Part shown: one piece after another, positions 1 through 9,579 of the stretch
How the letters are laid out: every line of letters begins with the position of its first letter
Numbering within the stretch: the first letter of the stretch is position 1
DNA from: a virus
Lineage: Duplodnaviria; Caudoviricetes
Length of the DNA: 64,000 nt
IMG/VR virus record: IMGVR_UViG_3300049012_000071
Span: 37,653 to 101,652 of that record
Direction: 5' to 3' (one strand)
Made by a program: the position numbers and the translations under genes
Notes under the pieces: generated by a model
What the model was told of the DNA's origin: nothing
What the model saw: only the letters and a program-made list of their open reading frames with translations
Databases searched by the model: none

Positions 1-161
1 GCTGGTGTGATGAGGACAAGACCCCCACCGCCAGGAACAGGCTGGCCATCGAGCGGTGGATGAGCGGCCTGCTGGCGGCCCTGCCGAAGGCGTGGACCGA
101 CATCGAGGCCGCCGATGTCGCCGCGAACGTCACTCCGTTCACCGCCAAGGCGAGCTGACCC

Positions 162-593
162 ATGCCATCCCTCCTCCAGACCATCGCCGACCGCCTCGTC
201 CAGCTCCACGCGCGCCGTGACCCCGACCGCGGCCAGGTGGCGATTGCCGGAGCCGGCGTCGCGGTGACCCGTGGCCAGCCGGTCGCCGACGCTCGCCGCG
301 ATCTCACCGCGCTCCGGGCTGCCATGGCGCAGGTACTCGGCCGAGAGCTGCCTCTGAAAGCAGAGGACGTCGAGGCGCTGGTCGACCGGCTCGTGGTCCT
401 CGAGGAGGCCGACGGCGTCGCCACCATCCGCGTCTGCGGCTCCGAGCTCTGCGGCGTCGAGGATCTCCAGACGGCGACCGCTCGCGCCCGCGCGATGCGC
501 GCCTTCCTCGCGGCGGAGCTCCAGCGCGCGCTCTCCGATGAGCCGCCCGTGACGCGCCGGTCGGCGCCACCCAGCAGCGTGGAGGCGAGATAG
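162..593 (+). CDS. hypothetical phage protein
   Basis: ORF with GC3-rich codons in a tight operon. Confidence 0.6.
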   Translation: MPSLLQTIADRLVQLHARRDPDRGQVAIAGAGVAVTRGQPVADARRDLTALRAAMAQVLGRELPLKAEDVEALVDRLVVLEEADGVATIRVCGSELCGVEDLQTATARARAMRAFLAAELQRALSDEPPVTRRSAPPSSVEAR

Positions 594-596
594 TCC

Positions 597-977
597 ATGA
601 CGTACGTCGAGCAGCAGCAGAGCGACGCCGATGACTCCGTGGTGACGAGCGCGCGCCCGCTGAACGGTATCCAGGCCGGCTTCGACCCCGAGGCGACCTG
701 GACCGGCGACGAGGAGGTGAGCGAGCTCGACGGCCTCCGCAGGCGCAACGCCTTCGTCGAGCGATGGGTGGAGAACCTGCGGGAGCAGCTGCCCCGCGAG
801 CGAGCCCGCGCCTCCGCATGCATCTCGCGCGGCCTCTCCGCCGTCCCCGACGACGACCTCCTCGCCGAGGTCCAGCGCCGTGGGTTCGAGCGGCCCGTAC
901 CCGCCACCGCCGTTTCCGTTGCCCGGGACGATGCCGGCGATCACGCGGCTCAGAATGCTTCCGAGCGACTCAGGTGA
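597..977 (+). CDS. hypothetical phage protein
   Basis: ORF directly after 593, GGAGG upstream. Confidence 0.6.
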   Translation: MTYVEQQQSDADDSVVTSARPLNGIQAGFDPEATWTGDEEVSELDGLRRRNAFVERWVENLREQLPRERARASACISRGLSAVPDDDLLAEVQRRGFERPVPATAVSVARDDAGDHAAQNASERLR

Positions 978-1016
978 GTCGCTGTCGTTCAACCGTCTTC
1001 GGGGGATTGAGGACTC

Positions 1017-1508
1017 ATGAGTATCTTCCGTGACAAGCGACGTATGTCTCCCACCGGAGAGCGCACCAGCGCGCCTCCGCCGGCCAGCGGCGTCAGTCAT
1101 ATCGCAGAGCTTGCGGCGGCGGCGGCGGCCCGCAACGCTGAAGCGCTGGTGACCCCGTCACCTGTTCGGGTGAGCAGCGCCGTCAGAATCCGCAGTGAAA
1201 TCAGAGCGGGAGCTCGACCCCGAGCGGTCGAGTTGCTTCGCAAGGCGTTCCGGTCGATCCCGCAGGCGGAGCTGGCCGTCATTCTCGATGAGCAGCCGCA
1301 GCACCTCCATCGGGCGCTGTCGCCGGAGTGCGCCAGTAAGCCATTCCCCGCCGAGAACTTCGTTCTTGTCGCCGAGCGGAGGCCGCAGCTCGGCGCTGAC
1401 GTGGTGCGAGCCTACGTGACGTTGCTGTCAGCAGATCTGATTGATGCGCTCGCGGACGATCTGCGGCGCATGGCGCGGGAGAAGCGAGAGAACGAGGTGG
1501 GGTCATGA
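1017..1508 (+). CDS. putative HTH/CII-like regulatory protein
   Basis: GAGG RBS; IPQAELAVILDEQPQHLHRALS resembles an HTH. Confidence 0.4.
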   Translation: MSIFRDKRRMSPTGERTSAPPPASGVSHIAELAAAAAARNAEALVTPSPVRVSSAVRIRSEIRAGARPRAVELLRKAFRSIPQAELAVILDEQPQHLHRALSPECASKPFPAENFVLVAERRPQLGADVVRAYVTLLSADLIDALADDLRRMAREKRENEVGS

Positions 1509-1816
1509 TGGCATTGCTTGGACTCATCGCGATTGGCTCCGTGTTCATGTTCTTCAGCGGACTCGTCGTCGGCCTCACCTACGAGCGCTCGCTGCGCCGG
1601 TGGTGGTACCGGAGCACCGTGGAATCGGCCGTGTACCGGCTTCTCGATGCCGAAGCGGCGGTGTGCAACCCGAGGTCGAAGTCCTCGGCCGTGCTGGAGT
1701 ACGAGGAGGCAAGGGCGCGTGTGGCTCGGCTGGTCGCGTGGCGGCGTCCGGCGCTCCCGGTGCGTGCGCCCGCGCGGTCGACGGCGGCGCCCGCAGCAAC
1801 GGAGCTCGCATCATGA
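1505..1816 (+). CDS. hypothetical membrane protein
   Basis: N-terminal hydrophobic helix; ATGA overlap. Confidence 0.6.
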   Translation: MMALLGLIAIGSVFMFFSGLVVGLTYERSLRRWWYRSTVESAVYRLLDAEAAVCNPRSKSSAVLEYEEARARVARLVAWRRPALPVRAPARSTAAPAATELAS

Positions 1817-2247
1817 TCCGTCGGGGGGCAATGCTGATCCCGTGGGGCGTCGTCGGGGCGCTGCTGCTCGCCTACCACGTCGCAGAGACCCGGCGCGCCG
1901 CGAGCGCAGCCGCCATGGATGATCGACTGCGGCGGGCTCGCTCGCGGGTGCGTGTCGTGGCCGACATCGCCAGGCGCTTCCGCGACGAGCGTGACGAGGC
2001 GCGTGCAGGGCTCGATGCGGCGGTCGAGTACGTGGCGAACATCAAGGACCACGGGCTGACGATCCTGCGGATCGCCGACGTGGACCACCTGCGCGCCGAG
2101 CGCGACCGGGCTGCGCTGGCAGACGCTGAGGCCTGTCAGCTACGGGGCGCTCTGGAGCTCATCGCGGACGGGTGCGAGGTGCCGCAGCGGATCGCTGTCG
2201 AGGCGCTGGAGCGAGGACGGGAGGAGGAGTCATGTCGAGCGAATTGA
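1813..2247 (+). CDS. hypothetical protein (N-terminal TM, coiled coil)
   Basis: ATGA overlap start MIRRGAMLIPW. Confidence 0.55.
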   Translation: MIRRGAMLIPWGVVGALLLAYHVAETRRAASAAAMDDRLRRARSRVRVVADIARRFRDERDEARAGLDAAVEYVANIKDHGLTILRIADVDHLRAERDRAALADAEACQLRGALELIADGCEVPQRIAVEALERGREEESCRAN

Positions 2248-2936
2248 GCGATACGGTGCAGGTGCCCCAGGTCTTCGAGCCGGGGGCGAGGCTGCGCGGC
2301 GGTCGAGAGGGCGCCTGCTTTGTCCTCGGGCCGCAGCAGGAAGGTCTCTGGTTCGTGTACGGCATGCCGTTCACGGACGACGAGCTTCGGTCGCAGTTCA
2401 CGGTCGTCGCACCGGCTCCGCGCGCGGGGCAGCGGTGGCTCGGCGGCGGCCGGCTCGTGGTGCTTGGCGAGAGTACGGTCCCTGTGTCGAAGGGTCTGTG
2501 GCTGCTGGAGCGCGGGCTCCGGTTCGACGGCTTCGTCGCCGACGCCGCGCCCGCGACCCTCCGCGCTTCGGAGGCAGCGACCCGCGAGCCGTCGCCGCCC
2601 GCGCCGTGGACCCGAGCCGCCGCTCGCCGTCTCATCACCGAGACGATCACCAGCGCCAAGCCGCGCCGGCCGGGCGCGTTCACCTCGGCGATGTGCTCGA
2701 TGGCGGAGACCGAGACGCCCGACGCGTCCGTAATCCTCGCGGCGTGCCTCGCGATCTGCTGCCTGGAAGAAGACCTGCCGGAGCATGGCGCGCCAGCGGC
2801 TTGGCAGGTGGAGCGTGCGCGGGTCCTCGCCGACGACGTGTTCCGGAGCGCGGCGAAGCTGGAGAAGCGCGAGAAGGTGCCGGCGCGCGTGCGCGAGGCG
2901 TTCGAGATGTACGTGGCGCGGAGAGCAAGGAGCTGA
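2232..2936 (+). CDS. hypothetical protein
   Basis: GAGGAGG RBS before ATG 2232. Confidence 0.6.
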   Translation: MSSELSDTVQVPQVFEPGARLRGGREGACFVLGPQQEGLWFVYGMPFTDDELRSQFTVVAPAPRAGQRWLGGGRLVVLGESTVPVSKGLWLLERGLRFDGFVADAAPATLRASEAATREPSPPAPWTRAAARRLITETITSAKPRRPGAFTSAMCSMAETETPDASVILAACLAICCLEEDLPEHGAPAAWQVERARVLADDVFRSAAKLEKREKVPARVREAFEMYVARRARS

Positions 2937-2941
2937 GGAAC

Positions 2942-3307
2942 ATGGCGAGAGCGAATCTGATGACGGCGAGCGACGTTGCGGTCTTTTGCGAGGTCGACCT
3001 CAAGACGATCCACAACTGGGCGGACAGAGGGCACATCCACTGCTTCCGCACGCCCGGGCGGCACCTTCGGTTCAAGCCGGAGGACGTCGCGACGTTCATG
3101 CAGCGCCAGGGCTACGACGTGCCCAAGGCGCTGCGGGCCTACCTGCCGGAGGAGCGGCCGTCGACCGGGCCGCGAGCGCGCGTGGCGGAAGTCCTCGGCG
3201 ACGGCTCGGTGACGCTGACGATCGGCCCCGCCGACGCGGAGGCGTTCCGCGCGATGCAGGGCCGCGACGTGGTGCTGGCGCTCGCACCGACGGGAGCGGC
3301 CGCGTGA
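2942..3307 (+). CDS. MerR/excisionase-type HTH (HTH_17-like) DNA-binding protein
   Basis: LMTASDVAVFCEVDLKTIHNWADRGHIHCFRTPGRHLRF. Confidence 0.85.
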   Translation: MARANLMTASDVAVFCEVDLKTIHNWADRGHIHCFRTPGRHLRFKPEDVATFMQRQGYDVPKALRAYLPEERPSTGPRARVAEVLGDGSVTLTIGPADAEAFRAMQGRDVVLALAPTGAAA

Positions 3308-3459
3308 TGGAGACCGAGACGCACCGCGGGTCGTCGCTCGACGCAGCGATGGACGATCGCGAGCGCGACATCGAGGAGCGCCGGCGGCGGCGCGGGAACA
3401 GCGACGTGAACTACGGCGCCAGCGAGGAACAGGTGCCCGAGATCGGGTGGATCCCGTGA
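3307..3459 (+). CDS. small hypothetical protein
   Basis: TGATG overlap; fills the operon gap. Confidence 0.45.
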   Translation: METETHRGSSLDAAMDDRERDIEERRRRRGNSDVNYGASEEQVPEIGWIP

Positions 3460-3470
3460 GGAGGAGCGAG

Positions 3471-3863
3471 ATGGCGTTGCAGGACCAGGCCAAGAAGCCC
3501 CGCGGGTTTGCGGCCATGACGCCGGAGCGTCGCCGCGAGGTCGCCAGCGCCGCCGGGAAGGCTGCGCATGCGCAAGGGCGTGCGCCCGAGTTCACTCCAG
3601 AGCAGGCGCGCGCGGCGGGCCGGAAGGGCGGGGAAGCCGTGAGCGCCGACCGGGAGCACATGCGGGCGATCGGGCGGCGCGGCGGCGAGAGAACGAGCGC
3701 AGACCCGGCGCACATGGCCGAGATCGGTCGCGCCGGAGGTAATGCCGCCCACGCGAACGGCGCGGCGCATCAGTGGACTGCCGAGGAGGCCCGCGCCGCT
3801 CGCCGGAAGGTGGGTGGGAAGCGGAAGACGGAAGCGCTGCAGAGCCGCAACGCGGAGAGCTGA
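3471..3863 (+). CDS. KGG-repeat stress-induced protein (YciG/GsiB-like)
   Basis: RGFAAMTPERRREVASAAGKA, AAGRKGGEAVS-DREHM-IGRRGG repeats; GAGGAGG RBS. Confidence 0.85.
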   Translation: MALQDQAKKPRGFAAMTPERRREVASAAGKAAHAQGRAPEFTPEQARAAGRKGGEAVSADREHMRAIGRRGGERTSADPAHMAEIGRAGGNAAHANGAAHQWTAEEARAARRKVGGKRKTEALQSRNAES

Positions 3864-3873
3864 GGAGGGCGTC

Positions 3874-4737
3874 ATGGGCGAGACGATGGTCACCGGCGGG
3901 CTTCAAAAAAATCGACATGCGTCGTCGGTCTTAGAAACCGCTGCTCGTGAGCGCAACACCGCGCAGCGTGTGAGCATTGGCCCGTCGGCGACAGCGCAAT
4001 TCAGCGCATACTGCGCGCAACGGCCGAGTGTGCGGCGGTTTGCCCACATTCGTCCGTTCTGCCACGGTCGGCCCATGCGGTTTCCGATTGCTGGCGATCC
4101 GATCGCACTGACGCACCTTGTGCCTGGTGAACTGGTCAATCTTCGCGACGGAAGCAGCGAAGATGTCGTGGTCGGCGTCGACCTACCGACGTGCCACCGC
4201 GTGCCGAAGCGCCGAGGCATGTACGCGTTCGCGCGCAACGGTGTCGAGGCCTGCATCTACCGGCGCAGGTGGCGCTGGTACATCGCCGTGGGCGACCATC
4301 CGGAGCGCGGTCTGCACAAGACCGAAGACGCGTCGCTCGCACAGGCCTTGTGGGTCGCCGAGTGCCACATCGACCGGTTCTACTTCAGTGACGGGACGCG
4401 GCGCCCGTGCCCAGAGGGCCACGTCTACTTCCTCCAGTCGGTCCGCGGCGGCCCGATCAAGGTCGGGTACGCGGCCGACCTCCGTGCGCGGGTCTCGAAT
4501 ATCCAGGTCGGCCACCCAGAGGAGCTGGAGGTGATCGGCGTGGTGCGCGGTACGCCGGAACTTGAAGAGGCGCTCCACAAGGAATTCGCCTGGTGCCACG
4601 TCCGCGGGGAGTGGTTCGCCCCCAGCGAGGCCTTGCGCTTGGCGATCGATGACCTTGAGGAGCGCGACGAACTGGGGGAGCGACTGGTCGACGTCGTGCG
4701 GAGCGGCTTGTTCGAGGAGGAGGACTGCGATGCGTGA
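3874..4737 (+). CDS. T5orf172/GIY-YIG-like domain protein (start uncertain, 3874 or ~4075)
   Basis: VYFLQ...PIKVGY...RVSNIQVGHPEEL...E.LH.EF...RGEWF. Confidence 0.8.
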   Translation: MGETMVTGGLQKNRHASSVLETAARERNTAQRVSIGPSATAQFSAYCAQRPSVRRFAHIRPFCHGRPMRFPIAGDPIALTHLVPGELVNLRDGSSEDVVVGVDLPTCHRVPKRRGMYAFARNGVEACIYRRRWRWYIAVGDHPERGLHKTEDASLAQALWVAECHIDRFYFSDGTRRPCPEGHVYFLQSVRGGPIKVGYAADLRARVSNIQVGHPEELEVIGVVRGTPELEEALHKEFAWCHVRGEWFAPSEALRLAIDDLEERDELGERLVDVVRSGLFEEEDCDA

Positions 4738-5077
4738 CGTCACGGTGGACCAGATCGTCGAGCGTGTGGTCGCGGTGCTGCGTCCTGAGCTGGACGCCAT
4801 CCGCCAGCTCGTCGAGCGCTCTCCCGTTCCGGGTAACGACGCCCAGACGGGCCAGCTCCTCACGCGCGAGGAGCTCGCCGCAGCGCTCCGCCTCAGCGAG
4901 GCGACGCTGAAGCGTTGGGACCAGGACGGCTGCCCGCGCGTGCTCATCGGCAACCGGCTCCCGCGATACCGGCTCGCCGACGTTCTGGCATGGCGCAGCA
5001 CGGCGCCGTCGAAGCCGGCGCGGGTCTCGGCGGTGAAGCCCGCGCCCGTGCGGCTGCTCTCGCGGGGGAGGAGGTAG
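4730..5077 (+). CDS. excisionase-like HTH protein
   Basis: LLTREELAAALRLSEATLKRW...RYRLADVLAW; directly upstream of the integrase. Confidence 0.8.
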   Translation: MRDVTVDQIVERVVAVLRPELDAIRQLVERSPVPGNDAQTGQLLTREELAAALRLSEATLKRWDQDGCPRVLIGNRLPRYRLADVLAWRSTAPSKPARVSAVKPAPVRLLSRGRR

Positions 5078-5079
5078 CC

Positions 5080-6921
5080 ATGGGCAGGCCCAGGACCGGC
5101 AACTTCAAGCTCATCAACGGCACGTGGCACGTCCGCAACACCGTCGAGCCCGGCGTGCGCAAGACGTTCGACATGGGCACGTCCTCGCTCACCGAGGCGA
5201 AGCGCCTGAACAAGCAGATCCTGGCGAGGATAGCAAAGGGCGAGAGCCTCGACGACCTCGCCGAGGCCGCCGCCTCGCCGGGGACCTTCGCCGAGTACGC
5301 CAAGACGGTGAACGACCGCCGCCGCGCGCGCGGCATCGTGAGCGCGACCGACGAGTGGCAGCGCCTCCGCGACCACGCCTTCCCCATCGTCGGCGGCATG
5401 ACCCTCCGCGACGTCAGGCCGCGCCATATTCGCGACGTCCTCGAGGCAGCCGTCGCCACCGGCGCCGCGCCGCAGACGATCCGCCACCTTCGTGCCGCGA
5501 TGTACAAGGTGTTCCGCTCCGCGGTGGTCGACGAGCTCGTCGAGGAGAACGTCGTCGCCAAGGTCGACCCACCCGCCGGGGTGCGCGTGAAGAAGGTCCG
5601 CGTTCAGCTCACGGACGATGAGTTCTCGCGTCTCATCGACCACCTGACCGAGACCATCGAAACCGAGGATGCCGATGCGAAGGCGGCTGCGGCGCCGACG
5701 TGGATGCGCAACGCGCGCACACGCGCCGCGTATGACAAATGGCGGCCGCACATCGAGGCGTGCGCCGCGTCCGGCATGGACCACGTCGCGTATGCGAAGC
5801 AGCACCGGCTTCGATCCGACGTCCTCCTCGGCTACATCCGACGGGCGCAGGACTACAGCAGCCGCGAGCAGGCGCGCGTCTTCGGCCGGCGGACACCAGC
5901 TGGCGAACTCCGGATGCTCGCGATCGGCGCCCGCACCATCGGCGGGCAGCGCACCAGCGACCTCATCCGCGCCGACTGGCTCAACTTCGACCTCCCGGCG
6001 TTCACGCGTGGGATCGTCGTCAGCAGCAAGACCAAGAAGCCGCGTCCGCTCCTCATCCCTGATGAAGTGCGCCCGCTCCTCATCGACTGGTGGCGGCGCA
6101 GCGGGTCGCCCACGCACGGCCCGGTCTTTCCCGTCCTCCGCGGCCCGAGGCTGGGGCAGCGCCGGCGCGAGCGCGGCGTCTCGTTCGCTGCTCGCCTTCG
6201 GACCGCGTGTCGCGCGGCCGGGCTTACGCGCCCAGGGCTCTACGAGGAGACCGACTACACCCTGCCGGCGGACTTCCACAGCTTCCGCCGCGCCTTCGTG
6301 ACGGCACTGCGGCGCGCAGGCGTCCCCGCCGATGTGGCGATGAAGTTGAGCGGTCACTCCAGTCGCGAGATCCACGAGATCTACGTGGGCGACGACCCGG
6401 CCTTCCAGGCAATGCCGGCCGGCGCAATCCCGCGCCTTCCCAACCTGAGCCTGACGTCACAGGTGGTCCCGCTGACTCTGCCCGGGGCTTCCGCTTCTGC
6501 CTCGCTCGACGGCGAAACCGCCATCGTCCAGCGAGATCCCTCGCGCGCCACGCAGGATTCGAACCTGCGGCCTTCGGCTCCGGAGGCCGACGGAGAGAGC
6601 TCAGAGGAGCCTCCAAGTACCTGTCCTGCGCCTCTGGCGCGGGACGAAAGCAGCTCAGAAGAGCTCACGGCGGCTCACGGCGGATCAGGGTTTCGGCTTT
6701 TTCTGCCACAAGGATCCGACGTGTCCGGAGCCATTCCGCCACGGGTTCCGCCGCACCGAAGCGAGCGGGCTGGGCAGCGGCTGGAGGAGGGGCTCCGGGT
6801 GGCCATGGGTCCTGGCCCGGTGCGGGTCCGCGAGGAGCGTGTCCTTGAGCTTCTCGCCGGCGCCTGCGCTGACCTCTGCCTGACCCCCTCGCGCTCCGGC
6901 GCGGCTGGAGGTGGCCGGTGA
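5080..6921 (+). CDS. int: tyrosine integrase with internal attP
   Basis: Catalytic R (GQRTSDL), K (SSKTKK), HxxR (FHSFRR), LSGHS, Y (HEIY); GGAGGAGG RBS. Confidence 0.93.
   Translation: MGRPRTGNFKLINGTWHVRNTVEPGVRKTFDMGTSSLTEAKRLNKQILARIAKGESLDDLAEAAASPGTFAEYAKTVNDRRRARGIVSATDEWQRLRDHAFPIVGGMTLRDVRPRHIRDVLEAAVATGAAPQTIRHLRAAMYKVFRSAVVDELVEENVVAKVDPPAGVRVKKVRVQLTDDEFSRLIDHLTETIETEDADAKAAAAPTWMRNARTRAAYDKWRPHIEACAASGMDHVAYAKQHRLRSDVLLGYIRRAQDYSSREQARVFGRRTPAGELRMLAIGARTIGGQRTSDLIRADWLNFDLPAFTRGIVVSSKTKKPRPLLIPDEVRPLLIDWWRRSGSPTHGPVFPVLRGPRLGQRRRERGVSFAARLRTACRAAGLTRPGLYEETDYTLPADFHSFRRAFVTALRRAGVPADVAMKLSGHSSREIHEIYVGDDPAFQAMPAGAIPRLPNLSLTSQVVPLTLPGASASASLDGETAIVQRDPSRATQDSNLRPSAPEADGESSEEPPSTCPAPLARDESSSEELTAAHGGSGFRLFLPQGSDVSGAIPPRVPPHRSERAGQRLEEGLRVAMGPGPVRVREERVLELLAGACADLCLTPSRSGAAGGGR
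6542..6592 (-). other. attP core = 3' half of tRNA-Arg(CCG)
   Basis: Reverse strand CGTCGGC-CTCCGGA-GCCGA-AGGCC-GCAGG-TTCGAAT-CCTGC-GTGGCGCG: anticodon arm with CCG, T arm and 3' acceptor strand; no D arm or 5' half. Confidence 0.9.
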
Positions 6922-7340
6922 GGCGCCGCCCCCTTCAGACCGAAGCTCAGCGCGTCGTCGGCGCCGCGGTTCGTGAGCAGTTCGGCTACCCGCGCGTCAG
7001 CAACGTCCGGATGCGTCAGCTCAAGCTGGCGTGCCTCGAGTGCGGCGCGCCCATGGAGACATGGCGCATGCACCGGGCGTGCTGGGTCTGTCCCAACCTG
7101 GCGCACTACACCGGCGCTGAGTGGTTCTGGTCGCGGCGTCTGGACCGGAAGCGCTACGGCCTGAAGCTCCAGAAGAAGTTCGGCAACCGCTACGTGCGCC
7201 GGTACCTCGTTCGCGTGCCGCCCCGCCGCGTCCGCCGCGCGGTCGTCTTCGGACTGATCGCGATGGTGAGGTTCGCGCAGGCGCACTCGTGCGCCTCGTG
7301 CCCGGCCGTTCCTTCCACTGCCCAGGAGACCGCCCGATGA
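6918..7340 (+). CDS. basic Zn-ribbon hypothetical protein
   Basis: CLEC...CWVC; GTGA overlap. Confidence 0.5.
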   Translation: MRRRPLQTEAQRVVGAAVREQFGYPRVSNVRMRQLKLACLECGAPMETWRMHRACWVCPNLAHYTGAEWFWSRRLDRKRYGLKLQKKFGNRYVRRYLVRVPPRRVRRAVVFGLIAMVRFAQAHSCASCPAVPSTAQETAR

Positions 7341-7882
7341 GCGACCACGTTGCGATGCAAGGCAGCGCGTTCGTCTGCCTCCACTGCGGCCAGAGGTACG
7401 AGCCCGCGATGCCGTGCCCGATCAACATCTGGCTGGCTTCCTCCAAGGCGTTCCAGAAGGACCACCGGCGGTGCAAGGCGCCTGAGACGCCGGTCTGCCG
7501 GTTCTGTCGGTCGGCCACGCACGACGACGAGAACCACGTCGCCGCGACCGTGAAGCACCCGATGGACTGGCCTGGCTGCGGCGACACCGGCCTGAGCTCG
7601 CAGGCGATCTGGCAGCACATGACCGGGCTCACCCTCCCAGGAAGGTGGAGCGGCCGCATGGAGTACCCGCTCGACCCGGACGACTTCGGCCGCTGCTACC
7701 GGCTGCTGTCCGCGCCGTGGGCCGCTGAATGGCGCGCCCGCGTCGGCGAGATGGCGAAGTACCCGGGGTGGCCCGGGCTCGTGGCCCGCTGGGATGAACT
7801 GGAGGCGCTCTATCGAAAGGAGCGCCCGAAGGGCAGGGCCCCGAAGCTCTACGCGGCGATGCAGGAGGCGCTCGGCCGATGA
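7337..7882 (+). CDS. hypothetical phage protein (Zn finger, PxDPDDFGRC motif)
   Basis: CLHC, CRFC, GLSSQAI...YPLDPDDFGRCYRLL. Confidence 0.65.
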   Translation: MSDHVAMQGSAFVCLHCGQRYEPAMPCPINIWLASSKAFQKDHRRCKAPETPVCRFCRSATHDDENHVAATVKHPMDWPGCGDTGLSSQAIWQHMTGLTLPGRWSGRMEYPLDPDDFGRCYRLLSAPWAAEWRARVGEMAKYPGWPGLVARWDELEALYRKERPKGRAPKLYAAMQEALGR

Positions 7883-8199
7883 AGCGCCACCGCTCAACCC
7901 CGCGCACCTTCCGCCTCTACGAGCGCCTCGCCGACGGTCCGCGCGGCTACGTCGCGTCGCTTGGCTGCCCCGCGTGCGGCGGCATCGACGACGACCACGC
8001 GCCTGGGTGCCGCCAGGCCAGCCGGGCGCAGTTCGGTGCCCACCACGTCGGCAAGGTGAACGCGAGCTTGCCCGGCGACTACGCCGCGCTCAGCGATGAG
8101 CCCGGCGCGGCGGGGCCTTCGCGCGCCCGGAGCACGCACACGTCCAGGTCGTCGACGGTGCAGCGGGACCCGGCTCCGGTTGGGAGGTCGCCCCGATGA
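7879..8199 (+). CDS. hypothetical protein
   Basis: ATGA overlaps at both ends; CPAC. Confidence 0.5.
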   Translation: MKRHRSTPRTFRLYERLADGPRGYVASLGCPACGGIDDDHAPGCRQASRAQFGAHHVGKVNASLPGDYAALSDEPGAAGPSRARSTHTSRSSTVQRDPAPVGRSPR

Positions 8200-8657
8200 G
8201 CATCGCCTCCCTCATCGACCGGGCGCAGGGCGCGCACGAGGCCGCTCTCCTCCGCCGCGGCGTCACCGCTGCCGAGATCGCCGACGCGCCCGATGCTGAC
8301 CGCGAGCGCCTCGAGCGTGTCCGCGGCAGCGCGAACGAGCGGCGCGTCCTCGCTGCCCTCCACCGGGCCGCGCTCCCGAACTGGATCGTCGGCATCCGCG
8401 CCGGCCGGACGACAGAGGACCGGCGCGGCGGCGACATCGCCGTGCTCTGCGACGACGGGAAGCGGTGCTGGCTCCAGGTGAAGAGCAGCACTGCGGGCGC
8501 GCAGAAGTTCATCGCGGAGGCGCGGCGCCGGGGCCGCGTCGGCGTGATCGGCATCGTGGTCGTGCCCGACCGGATCACCGATCGCCAGATCGTCGGCCGC
8601 GTGCTCGCGACGCTGATCGAGATGCGGGCCCAGCGCGCGGGGGAGGCTGGCCGATGA
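8196..8657 (+). CDS. putative PD-(D/E)xK nuclease-like protein
   Basis: GGDIAV...WLQVKSS motif. Confidence 0.55.
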   Translation: MSIASLIDRAQGAHEAALLRRGVTAAEIADAPDADRERLERVRGSANERRVLAALHRAALPNWIVGIRAGRTTEDRRGGDIAVLCDDGKRCWLQVKSSTAGAQKFIAEARRRGRVGVIGIVVVPDRITDRQIVGRVLATLIEMRAQRAGEAGR

Positions 8658-8968
8658 GCGTCGACGAGCTGCTCACCGCCGTCGCGTCCGACCTCCGGGC
8701 CATCGGCCACGTCGTCCCGGAGTCGCTCGCGACCGACACCGAGCGCGCCGATGCACTATTCGCCGCCGGCGCCGCGGTCCGCTGCATCGACCGCCGCATC
8801 CACCTCCGCTTCGCCGCGCGCTTCCTCGCGTGTGCCTTCGAGGCTCGTGCCGAGGGCGAGCGCGAGGAAGCGGATCGCTGGGCCGCGAAGAGCGCGGCGG
8901 AGCTTGAGCTCTACCGCGCGCCGGCCCCGGAACTCCAGCCGTACGTGACCCACGGAGGTGCCTCGTGA
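8654..8968 (+). CDS. hypothetical protein
   Basis: ATGA overlap. Confidence 0.55.
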   Translation: MSVDELLTAVASDLRAIGHVVPESLATDTERADALFAAGAAVRCIDRRIHLRFAARFLACAFEARAEGEREEADRWAAKSAAELELYRAPAPELQPYVTHGGAS

Positions 8969-9579
8969 CGCAGCTCGCCTTCGCTCTCGACATCGCCGCG
9001 CCGGCTGAGTCGCCGGCTCCCACGCCAGCCACAGGGCGCGCCGCGCGCAGCCCGGATCGGAGTTCTCAGCAGGTGCAGCAACAACAGCAACGTCAGGGAC
9101 CCGCCGTCGACTTCTCGCAGTGGCTCTCTCCGGACGAGATGGAGCGCGTCCAGGCCTACGCCGACGAGGTGATGCGCCAGCTTCACGAGCGGCCGGCGTT
9201 CCGCGATGGCGACGCGAAGGACCGCGCCCACCTGCTGCGCCGGTACGCGGCCGGTCTGCTCCTCGCCGGCGGGAAGGCGCTCGCGCTGGCGGATCTGGCC
9301 GAGGCCTCTGGCGCCGCGGAGAAGGACTCGGCCGAGCCCGCGCCTGCGCCGGTGAAACGCGGCCCCGGCCGGCCCAAGAAGGGCCCGAGCGCTCCGTCCG
9401 CCGACCACCCCGCCGCGGTTAGGATGCGCATGCCGTCTGCGCCGCGCCTCAGACGTGGCCTGGAGGAGAGCGCCGCGCCCGCGCCTGCCGCGACGAGGAA
9501 GCCGCAGCCAACGGCCGACGAGGTGCTGGCGAAGTACCGCGGGCTGAAGACGCCGCAGCGCGCCGGGAGGTCGGGGTGA
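8965..9579 (+). CDS. hypothetical protein with AT-hook-like motif
   Basis: KRGPGRPKK; GGAGG RBS. Confidence 0.55.
   Translation: MTQLAFALDIAAPAESPAPTPATGRAARSPDRSSQQVQQQQQRQGPAVDFSQWLSPDEMERVQAYADEVMRQLHERPAFRDGDAKDRAHLLRRYAAGLLLAGGKALALADLAEASGAAEKDSAEPAPAPVKRGPGRPKKGPSAPSADHPAAVRMRMPSAPRLRRGLEESAAPAPAATRKPQPTADEVLAKYRGLKTPQRAGRSG

Noticed and set aside
6542-6620. Complete tRNA-Arg gene
   Set aside because: The D arm and 5' acceptor strand are absent; treated as an attP core
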